Shown: positions 9,458-16,167 of the stretch, piece after piece | How positions within the stretch are numbered: the first letter of the stretch is position 1 | Layout of the letters: every line of letters begins with the position of its first letter | Assembly: GCF_000011805.1 (NCBI RefSeq) | Contig: NC_006840.2 | Reading direction: 5' to 3' (one strand) | DNA length: 32,000 nucleotides | Origin: Aliivibrio fischeri ES114 | GTDB lineage: Bacteria; Pseudomonadota; Gammaproteobacteria; Enterobacterales; Vibrionaceae | Position numbers and translations under genes: made by a program | Notes under the pieces: generated by a model | What the model was told of the DNA's origin: nothing | Databases searched by the model: none | The model's input: the letters and a program-made list of their open reading frames with translations, nothing else

Positions 9458-10618
9458 GTGAATTTATATGAGCCTAGGTTCAATGCAGATAGGTTACATC
9501 CGTATTTTATCAGATTAGTTACTGATGAAAATTACGAACCAGTTAAAGATGTGATTCTTAATTGGGCTGATGGTATGGATGGTAGAAAAGGAGAACTTAT
9601 AAAGTTTATTGATGAATTTCAATTAAGTTTTAATTCATCATTATGGGAGTTGTACTTAAATGCTGCATTTAAGTATATCGGATTTGATATTGATTACTCT
9701 AAAGAGTCTCCTGATTTCTGTTTAACATCTAAATGTGGCAAAGTAGTAAATGTTGAAGCGGTAACAACTAATAATTCACGAAATAAAGATAAATCATATT
9801 ACGATAGTAAATCTATAAGTGAGTCAACGTCTCAAGATAATAAAGAATTCCTTGATGAGTCCACAATAAAGTTACTTGGGGCTATTAGAGAAAAACGAAA
9901 TCTGTTTATTGGTGAAGATAAAAAAGCACATCCATACTCTTCTTTAGAGCATGTCAAAGATAATCCTTTTGTTATTGCTGTTGCTCCATTTGATAATCAT
10001 TTGTCATTTACACAGAATAATACAGCTATTAACCGTGTTTTGTTTGGAATTGATCCTCCAAGACAAAATCATAGGGGGGAGCTAGTTAGAGACGATGTTG
10101 AACATGTAATTAAGAAGAACGGGACAAAATTAGATGTAGGTATATTTACAAATGATTCGTACAAGGAAATAAGCGCGGTAATTTTTTCTACTACAGGAAT
10201 GTTTGGTAAAGCAATTTTACAAAGTAAAATTGATGCAATGGTTAGAGCTACCAAGTATCGAGAATATAGTAAGAAAAAATTTCTATCAAATAAGCGAAAG
10301 AATAAAATAGGGCAGTCAGTTAAGAGGTTGAGTAAAACACATGAAATATATTCAATTCGATATCTGATAGGGGATTTAGTTGCTGGCTCAGATGTTCATT
10401 TTTGTCATGCTTCAGAATGGCATGAAAGCCATATCGATGGGTTACATATTTATTACAATCCATATGCAGAAATAAAGCTCGATAAAAAATTATTCAATAC
10501 ATTCCAAATAACTCAGAATAGCTTTGACATCAAAAATGATTGCGAAGTGCAAATCCACCCTGATGGTTCCTTGGTTTCAAGACAGGTGATGACAAGTTAC
10601 GAGGAAGAAATCGCCTAA
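9458..10618 (+). CDS. Cassette protein of unknown function, possible PD-(D/E)XK-like fold
   Basis: GTG start; 386 aa; 'SLWELYLNAAFKYIGFDIDYSKESPDFCLTSKCGKVVNVEAV' suggests helix-E / PD / E-x motif layout. Confidence 0.5.
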   Translation: MNLYEPRFNADRLHPYFIRLVTDENYEPVKDVILNWADGMDGRKGELIKFIDEFQLSFNSSLWELYLNAAFKYIGFDIDYSKESPDFCLTSKCGKVVNVEAVTTNNSRNKDKSYYDSKSISESTSQDNKEFLDESTIKLLGAIREKRNLFIGEDKKAHPYSSLEHVKDNPFVIAVAPFDNHLSFTQNNTAINRVLFGIDPPRQNHRGELVRDDVEHVIKKNGTKLDVGIFTNDSYKEISAVIFSTTGMFGKAILQSKIDAMVRATKYREYSKKKFLSNKRKNKIGQSVKRLSKTHEIYSIRYLIGDLVAGSDVHFCHASEWHESHIDGLHIYYNPYAEIKLDKKLFNTFQITQNSFDIKNDCEVQIHPDGSLVSRQVMTSYEEEIA

Positions 10619-10738
10619 CAAATGCATCAACACGATTTACTACACTCGGCATCCTCAGGTTGTCGGGTGTTTCTCGTTTTAGGGTGTCGATTTTAAGTAT
10701 AATTGCTTGGTAGTAAACGTGTTATGCAGGCGTTATAT
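10613..10738 (+). repeat. attC-like site 2 (left boundary of retron cassette)
   Basis: GCCTAAC ... GTTATAT; arms TAAC-AAA-TGCAT(C)AACACG(A)TTTACTAC pair with GTAGTAAACGTGTTATGCAGGCGTTA, leaving a 3-nt unpaired spacer and two extrahelical bases. Confidence 0.9.
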
Positions 10739-10886
10739 CTAAATAAAGCTGTACAATAGAACCTACTGATATTATTATACTTTTGCATGAGCGTTTCGCT
10801 TAAATTGCTGCAATCGAAAATGAAAAATATTTGTATATTGCTCTTAATTGAGCGCTGAATAGTGAAGATCTAGTTACTTATCAGCT

Positions 10887-11045
10887 TGTGCCAAGGGGCA
10901 CACCCTATGCCTGCCTCGTCTTTTGACCGAGAGTAGTCGAGGACAATAGGCTTAGCCAAACTAAACGGTGGCTGTTTACAAATATTATCGATGAATGCAA
11001 CACCGTTTGTTAATCTCTAGAGTATGAGTGGCTAGGCCTTTATTG
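10887..11045 (+). ncRNA. Candidate retron ncRNA (msr-msd); exact boundaries unresolved
   Basis: Directly upstream of the RT gene. Stem CAATAGGCTTAGCCA (10944-10958) pairs with TGGCTAGGCCTttATTG (11029-11045), with 2-nt bulge and one G:U; inner AAACGGTG/CACCGTTT; 5' hairpin TGTGCC-AAGG-GGCACA (10887-10902); contains CTTAGC, like the branch-G context of known retrons. Confidence 0.55.
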
Positions 11046-11060
11046 TGCTAAAGTGGAATT

Positions 11061-12248
11061 ATGTATCAATTAGAACCTATCAAAAAAACCAAGCAAGTCA
11101 TCGCCTCAATTCCTAATTTATGTTCTGCTTTAGATATAACTATTGATGAGTTGAATAAAGCTCTATCACTATCTTCTGAAGAACGCTATGTTCAAGGGAA
11201 AGTTTCAAAAAGTGATGGTAGCTATCGAGATGTTTATAATCCTCATAATCTAATCAGAAAGATTCAGCGACGGATTAATCGTAGAATTTTTATAAAATTA
11301 GTGGGCTGGCCTAGTTATATATTTGGTTCGATACCAAATAATATAGATAAAAATGGTAAGGTATTAGAAGCCAAAGATTATGTAAACTGTGCTGCTCAGC
11401 ATTGTTTAGCAAAAAGCTTGTTAAAGATGGATCTTAAAGATTTTTTTAACAATATTCATATAGATCATGTCAAAGAAATGTTTGAGAAATTTTTTAACTA
11501 TCCTAAAGATGTTTCTGAGGCATTAAGCAATATTTGCTGTAGAGGGGACTCTCTGGTTCAAGGAGCCTTAACATCAAGTTATATAGCAAGTTTGTGTTTA
11601 TGGGATCTTGAGCCACATTTAGTTAAAAGACTAAAAAGAAAGCAGCTAATTTATACAAGATTAGTTGATGATATAACTGTGTCTTCTAAAATATCAAACT
11701 TTCAGTTTGATATGACTATTGAGCATATTACATCTATGCTACATGAAATGGATTTACCAATAAATAATAGTAAAACCAAGGTTGCTTATACATCAATTGA
11801 ACCTTTAACAGTACATGGAATGAGAGTTAACTTTAAAGAACCAAGATACCCATCAGACGAAGTTAGAAGGCTAAGAGCTGCCGTTCATAATATTGAAAGT
11901 TTAGCCTCAGAGCCCGGTTATAGAGTAACATTTGCATATAGAAAAGATTTTAACCGATGTATGGGACGTGTTAATAAACTAAAAAGGGTTGAACATGAAA
12001 AGCACCAAACATTGGTTAATAAATTATTAAAAATCCTTCCTCTTCCATCGGAAAAGGATTTAAAACGTTGTAAGGCATCCATTCTTCGGTTAGAAACTGA
12101 TTTCCCGCTTAAAGGTGATACGTATTGGTACAGGAAGCGGTTTTATATCGTTCATGATCGATTAAATGTGTTGCAAAGAACTTATAAGAGAACGGCGTTG
12201 AAATTAAGAAATAGAATGAAACCAATTAGGCCTGAATATGATGATTAA
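11061..12248 (+). CDS. Retron-type reverse transcriptase
   Basis: 395 aa; 'LLKMDLKDFFNNI' (motif with catalytic D), 'QGALTSSYIASLCLWDLE', 'YTRLVDDITVSS' (YxDD-equivalent), 'VHGMRVNFKEPRYPSDEVRRLRAAVHNIE' (VTG-equivalent). Confidence 0.9.
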   Translation: MYQLEPIKKTKQVIASIPNLCSALDITIDELNKALSLSSEERYVQGKVSKSDGSYRDVYNPHNLIRKIQRRINRRIFIKLVGWPSYIFGSIPNNIDKNGKVLEAKDYVNCAAQHCLAKSLLKMDLKDFFNNIHIDHVKEMFEKFFNYPKDVSEALSNICCRGDSLVQGALTSSYIASLCLWDLEPHLVKRLKRKQLIYTRLVDDITVSSKISNFQFDMTIEHITSMLHEMDLPINNSKTKVAYTSIEPLTVHGMRVNFKEPRYPSDEVRRLRAAVHNIESLASEPGYRVTFAYRKDFNRCMGRVNKLKRVEHEKHQTLVNKLLKILPLPSEKDLKRCKASILRLETDFPLKGDTYWYRKRFYIVHDRLNVLQRTYKRTALKLRNRMKPIRPEYDD

Positions 12249-12963
12249 AATAATAAATTCGAACAAAGCACTTCGAAATCTTGTTTTCATATTTATATTT
12301 GTTGGTGCTATTGGTCTTTTGTTGTCTTTATTATCAATAATCATGACTATGTTGAATAATGAAACTTATAACTTAAACGTATGTTTGACAAGTAGCTGTA
12401 TGAAATATACATACGGTTTATTTGAGTACTCTCTTAAAATTATCAATATCACAATAACTTGTTTAACCTCGATTGCTACTATTGGGGGGATTTTTGTTGC
12501 TTTATTAAGCTATGTTAGTACTTCAAACAGTAGTGCATTAAATAATCATATTTCGCACTTTAAAATATTTAATGATTATTTAGTTTTTGAAATATCAAAA
12601 TCCGATAGATTAAATGTCTCAGCTATAGATATATTTAAGCTATATAACCTTATTTTTAGTTCTTCACGCTCAGGAAATATGGATGTATCAAAGCAATACA
12701 AACAAGTCGTGGAATCTTTAAATCAAGAAATAAATAACTCTAATCAATATGTTCAAGAAGCTGAGCCTGAATCATTTAGATATAAAAATCATCAGGTAAG
12801 AATGATCAGTCGTTTTGAATCCTTTGGTATTCAATTAAATTTTCATCCGAGAAATGATTTTTATGAAATTGAGGGTCAATTATTAGAGTTGATATCTACG
12901 ATTAATCAGGCTTTTTGTACGGATAGTATGCTTCCTAATATTGTTCATCGTAAATATATTTAG
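12238..12963 (+). CDS. Two-TM protein, candidate retron effector
   Basis: Overlaps RT stop by 11 nt; two N-terminal hydrophobic segments (LVFIFIFVGAIGLLLSLLSIIMTML, IINITITCLTSIATIGGIFVALLSYV) then a soluble region; ends at the next attC-like site. Confidence 0.75.
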   Translation: MMIKIINSNKALRNLVFIFIFVGAIGLLLSLLSIIMTMLNNETYNLNVCLTSSCMKYTYGLFEYSLKIINITITCLTSIATIGGIFVALLSYVSTSNSSALNNHISHFKIFNDYLVFEISKSDRLNVSAIDIFKLYNLIFSSSRSGNMDVSKQYKQVVESLNQEINNSNQYVQEAEPESFRYKNHQVRMISRFESFGIQLNFHPRNDFYEIEGQLLELISTINQAFCTDSMLPNIVHRKYI

Positions 12964-13088
12964 ATATAACGAATGCATCAACACGATTTGCTACATTCGG
13001 CATTCTAGGTTTCTTTGGCTTTACCGTGTTAAGTGGTAAATTTAGGCTTAATCTGCATAGTAGCAGACGTGTTATGCTGGCAAAATTA
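12964..13088 (+). repeat. attC-like site 3, core site degenerated (right boundary of retron cassette)
   Basis: ATATAAC and TGCATCAACACGATTTGCTAC arm present; right arm GTAGCAGACGTGTTATGCTGGC then AAAATTA where GTTRRRY is expected. Confidence 0.75.
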
Positions 13089-13664
13089 GGAGTTAGGAAC
13101 TTGAAAGGTTTAGATATAAATAGGCAGTTTAATATGATCTTGCGGGCTATCTCTGCAATTATTCTACTTTTAGTACCAATTTACTTTGGGTATTTAGGAA
13201 AGACGACTGAAATGGGGTTACTCATTGTTTCTGGTTTTTTAGGTTTAGTTTTTTCTAGCTTAGATAAATTTGAAAGCTTTAAAGCCGGTGGGGTTGAAGC
13301 CAAATTAAGGTATGAACAAATTAAAGCTGTTTTAGAAAAGGAAATTGAACCAGAGTATTCTAATGAAACTGAGTCTTCGGATATTAATAATCCAAACTTG
13401 AAACTAGTTCCTGAAAATGCACAATCTGTCTTAACGGCTTTAAATAATTCAGATTATACGTGGCGTTATGTTTCTGGTATTAGTCAATCGATAAAATTAG
13501 ATAGAATTGATGTTAAGGCAGCACTTAAATGGCTCTTTGAACATGGGTACGTTAAGAAATCTATTGGCAAAAACGGTCAGATTTGGACGGTAACTTCAGA
13601 AGGTAGGAATTTATACGTGAGGATTCGATTCAAAGATGTACAAGGTGGGGTTGTGCCAGCATAA
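13074..13664 (+). CDS. Cassette membrane protein with two N-terminal TM segments and a winged-helix-like C-terminus
   Basis: ORF track start 13026 is inside attC; start uncertain (13074 or 13134). 'AISAIILLLVPIYFGYLG', 'MGLLIVSGFLGLVFSS', then 'DVKAALKWLFEHGYVKKSIGKNGQIWTVTSEGRNL'. Confidence 0.55.
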   Translation: MLAKLGVRNLKGLDINRQFNMILRAISAIILLLVPIYFGYLGKTTEMGLLIVSGFLGLVFSSLDKFESFKAGGVEAKLRYEQIKAVLEKEIEPEYSNETESSDINNPNLKLVPENAQSVLTALNNSDYTWRYVSGISQSIKLDRIDVKAALKWLFEHGYVKKSIGKNGQIWTVTSEGRNLYVRIRFKDVQGGVVPA

Positions 13665-13782
13665 CGCCTGCATCACACGACTTGCTATGCTCGGCATTCT
13701 AGATTTCTTTGAGTTTACCGTTTTAAGTGATAAATTTTGGCTTAATCTGCATGGTAGCAAACGTGTTATGCAGGCGTTATGT
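13659..13782 (+). repeat. attC-like site 4
   Basis: GCATAAC ... GTTATGT; TAACGCCTGCAT(C)ACACG.. pairs with ..GTAGCAAACGTGTTATGCAGGCGTTA. Confidence 0.85.
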
Positions 13783-13796
13783 TTTCGAGGTATATA

Positions 13797-14267
13797 ATGA
13801 AGTTAAACCCATATGATGATTTTATTTTCTTTGATTCTTGTGCATTTAATGGCGGTAAATTAGAAATGCAGGAAGCATCTATGCAATCACGTTATTTGTT
13901 AGAATTGAATAATAAGAAAGTTACGTTAATGCATTCTGTTGTGGATGAAATTAATGCCCCGCATACACCTCCGTGGATTCAAGAGTTGGAGCCAAATTCG
14001 CGTAAGACTGTGAAGCTTAACTTAACTTCTTGTGAACAAACTATATTGGCTGATATTACATCAATTGTTGTCGGTAATGGAAAACCAGAAAAACGTGCAG
14101 CGGATTGCTTTCACGTATTTGAAGCTCAAAAATATGGAGGATTCTTTGTTACATCAGATAATGGAATACTTAGACACAAACTAAAAATTAAAGAAAAGTA
14201 TGACTTAAATATAATCGATCCAATAGAGTTTTTAAGTTTAGTACAAGAGTTCAGCCCTGAAACATAA
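13797..14267 (+). CDS. PIN-like domain cassette protein
   Basis: 'FIFFDSCAFNGG' near N-terminus, internal 'SVVDEINAP', C-terminal 'AADCFHVFEAQKYGGFFVTSDNGILRHK', a PIN-like layout of acidic residues. Confidence 0.5.
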   Translation: MKLNPYDDFIFFDSCAFNGGKLEMQEASMQSRYLLELNNKKVTLMHSVVDEINAPHTPPWIQELEPNSRKTVKLNLTSCEQTILADITSIVVGNGKPEKRAADCFHVFEAQKYGGFFVTSDNGILRHKLKIKEKYDLNIIDPIEFLSLVQEFSPET

Positions 14268-14385
14268 CAAATGCATCAACATGATTTGCTACATTCGGCA
14301 TTCTAGGTTTCTTTTTGTTTTCCGTATTAAGTGGTAAATTTAAGCTTGGTTTGCATGGTAGCAAACGTGTTTGCCAGCGTTATGT
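14262..14385 (+). repeat. attC-like site 5
   Basis: ACATAAC ... GTTATGT; arm ATGCATCAACATGATTTGCTAC / GGTAGCAAACGTGTTTGCCAGCGTTAT. Confidence 0.8.
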
Positions 14386-14446
14386 GCTTTAAGCGATATC
14401 TAGTTAGTTTGGTATGTGATTAATAATTCGTCGTATAGTTAGATAT

Positions 14447-14472
14447 AAGGGCAGCTAATTTCAACTGCCCTT
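14447..14472. terminator. Hairpin/terminator downstream of the small antisense ORF 14489-14638
   Basis: AAGGGCAG ... CTGCCCTT. Confidence 0.5.
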
Positions 14473-14488
14473 AAGAACCTAAAATGTT

Positions 14489-14638
14489 TTAATTTTTACA
14501 ACCGTTTTTATCACAAGTGATTTTGTTGTGTGAATCTACCCAATGAGTTGATTCTTTTTTTGTATCGAATCCACATCCAGTAATACCACCTTTCTTACCG
14601 TTATGAACTATGCCAGTTGGTGTATGTTTGACTGCCAT
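14489..14638 (-). CDS. Small Cys-containing protein (49 aa) encoded opposite to the array direction
   Basis: ATG on minus strand at 14638: MAVKHTPTGIVHNGKKGGITGCGFDTKKESTHWVDSHNKITCDKNGCKN*; fills the cassette; not in the ORF track (below size cutoff). Confidence 0.5.
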   Translation of the reverse strand: MAVKHTPTGIVHNGKKGGITGCGFDTKKESTHWVDSHNKITCDKNGCKN

Positions 14639-14769
14639 ATAATTATTTCCTTATTTCAAAGTATGCCTGATTGGCGAGGCTATTCTAAAGTTGAAATAGC
14701 AAATAAAACTGCGTACTTTATGACATATTTTAAGTAAAAATTTAATAAAATAGGTATTTGTGAGTTAGC

Positions 14770-14873
14770 GCATAACAAAGCAACCAACATGATGATTACA
14801 CTTAGCATTCGCGGTTTAGAGTATAATTGGTTTGGAAAGTAAGTCGTTCGCACGTGTTATTGCGGCATTATGT
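14770..14873 (+). repeat. attC-like site 6 (divergent subfamily)
   Basis: GCATAAC ... ATTATGT; shares 'GTATAATTGGTTTGGAA' and 'GCACGTGTTAT-GCGGC' with site 0. Confidence 0.65.
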
Positions 14874-14894
14874 GTTTAAAAGTAGGAAATAGTA

Positions 14895-15131
14895 GTGAGT
14901 TACGATAATCTGATTGTCCAATATAGAAAAATGTCTCTTGAGGAGCTAGAAAATGAACTTTTATTTCCATATCTTGATGAAAACTTAAAAGATATTGTGT
15001 TAAATGAAATTTCTTTAAGGCGCAGTAGAAAAATAACTTGGCACACTATTTTGTCGTTGGCTTTATCTGTTTTTGCTTTATTGATATCTGTTGCTACAGG
15101 ATGGAATTCAATTGTAGCTTGGTTTTCATGA
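14895..15131 (+). CDS. Small single-TM protein (78 aa), unknown function
   Basis: GTG start after AGGAAAT; 'TILSLALSVFALLISVATGWNSIVAWF' TM segment; follows attC-like site 6. Confidence 0.6.
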   Translation: MSYDNLIVQYRKMSLEELENELLFPYLDENLKDIVLNEISLRRSRKITWHTILSLALSVFALLISVATGWNSIVAWFS

Positions 15132-15139
15132 GTTATGAG

Positions 15140-15164
15140 GCTCCCTATATTTATTATAGGGAGC
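15140..15164. terminator. Bidirectional terminator-like hairpin between convergent small ORFs
   Basis: GCTCCCTATA ... TATAGGGAGC. Confidence 0.6.
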
Positions 15165-15170
15165 AAAAAT

Positions 15171-15302
15171 TTATTCACCTTTTTTATGTTTATGTACTTT
15201 CAATGAACTGTGGTTTGGTTTATTTTCAGGTGTTACTCGTTGTCTTTTATCCTCTTTCCCTGTTGACTTAGCGATTGGTTTCGGACCTGGTTTTATAGTC
15301 AT
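15171..15302 (-). CDS. Very small basic protein (43 aa)
   Basis: Minus strand ATG at 15302 preceded by GGAG: MTIKPGPKPIAKSTGKEDKRQRVTPENKPNHSSLKVHKHKKGE*; not in the ORF track. Confidence 0.4.
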   Translation of the reverse strand: MTIKPGPKPIAKSTGKEDKRQRVTPENKPNHSSLKVHKHKKGE

Positions 15303-15432
15303 AATATTCTCCATTTAATATGATGTGGATTAACATTTTTCCACCGTATTAATATGGCCTGAGTGAAGTTGGTTCGTATACTAAAATTTTTTGTATATTT
15401 GTCGTTATATGCGCATTTATGTGACAAATAAA

Positions 15433-15556
15433 CACACATAAATGCATCCACATGATTTGCTACATTCGGTGTTGTGGTTTTTTTTGGTTTACTGCGTTTA
15501 ATGGTAAATCTGGGCTTAGTTTGCATGGTAGCAAATTTGTTATGCAGGCGTTATAT
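15433..15556 (+). repeat. attC-like site 7 (left core degraded)
   Basis: ATAAATGCATCCACATGATTTGCTACATTCGG ... GGTAGCAAATTTGTTATGCAGGCGTTATAT; canonical YAAC left core not intact. Confidence 0.7.
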
Positions 15557-15571
15557 TTTAATGAGGAAAGT

Positions 15572-16090
15572 ATGTTCGAATGGTTTGAAAGTATTTTTGT
15601 TACATCGAGTGATAAATCTAGATTTATCGCAATTGTTGTTTCAACTTTTGTAGCTATCTTTGTTTTGTTATTAAGCCAGAGGTTTACAACAAAACGTGAA
15701 CGTTCGAAGTTATTAATCGAAAAAATTGAAGAAATGTATAAAGTTTCAATCGATTATTCTAGTGCTGCTAATCAGATACTTAAAGATCTTAATAATCCAA
15801 AGAAATATGATAAAAATGGATATTACATCATCGATCAAGTGGTATATGGGAATATGAATGATTCAATTAGAAAAATGGAAATGCTGTGTGGCCTTTATTT
15901 TCCTAAAATTGAGTTTAAGGTAAGTGATTATTCGATAGTTAATATGCCAATCGTTAATATTGCCATAAAAGGGAAAAAATTAAATGAGGGTGAAGCCTAT
16001 CATATTTATGAGGATTCCCGAAATTATATAATTAATGCAGAACAAAAAATCACAAAATTATGTAGAGAGCTTATAAGAAAATATGTGTAA
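15572..16090 (+). CDS. Cassette protein with N-terminal TM, unknown function
   Basis: ORF track start 15452 is in the attC; MFEWFESIF... at 15572 follows GAGGAAAG; 'FIAIVVSTFVAIFVLLLS' TM. Confidence 0.6.
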   Translation: MFEWFESIFVTSSDKSRFIAIVVSTFVAIFVLLLSQRFTTKRERSKLLIEKIEEMYKVSIDYSSAANQILKDLNNPKKYDKNGYYIIDQVVYGNMNDSIRKMEMLCGLYFPKIEFKVSDYSIVNMPIVNIAIKGKKLNEGEAYHIYEDSRNYIINAEQKITKLCRELIRKYV

Positions 16091-16095
16091 AAGAT

Positions 16096-16160
16096 ATATA
16101 ACAAATGCATCAATAACGATTTGCTACACTCGGCATATTAGTCTGCCGAGTGTTTTTTCA
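16096..16160 (+). repeat. Left half of an attC-like site (site 8) ending in a terminator hairpin; right half missing
   Basis: ATATAACAAATGCATCAATAACGATTTGCTACACTCGGCATATTAGTCTGCCGAGTGTTTTTT; no matching GTAGCAAACGTG...GCGTTA arm downstream. Confidence 0.75.
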
Positions 16161-16167
16161 TTTAATA

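Larger units (their letters stand above)
8215..16160 (+). mobile_element. Integron-type gene cassette array (CALIN-like; no intI in window) inserted between sohB and yciN
   Basis: Eight attC-like sites and one half-site with consistent orientation, separating mostly + strand genes. Confidence 0.85.

Noticed and set aside
10801-10860. Promoter of the retron ncRNA in the A/T-rich stretch with ATTGCTGCAAT and TTTGTATATTG
   Set aside because: Candidate -35/-10 boxes could be placed in several ways; not specific enough to report as a feature.
15299-15526. 75-aa minus-strand ORF and similar small ORFs across array intergenic space
   Set aside because: It crosses an attC-like site and has low-complexity composition with no homology cue; likely chance.
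8215-16160. CRISPR array or simple tandem repeat explanation for the regularly recurring elements
   Set aside because: The repeats are ~104-126 bp, imperfect, separated by protein-coding cassettes of varying size, and fold as attC sites; no short direct repeats with uniform spacers.
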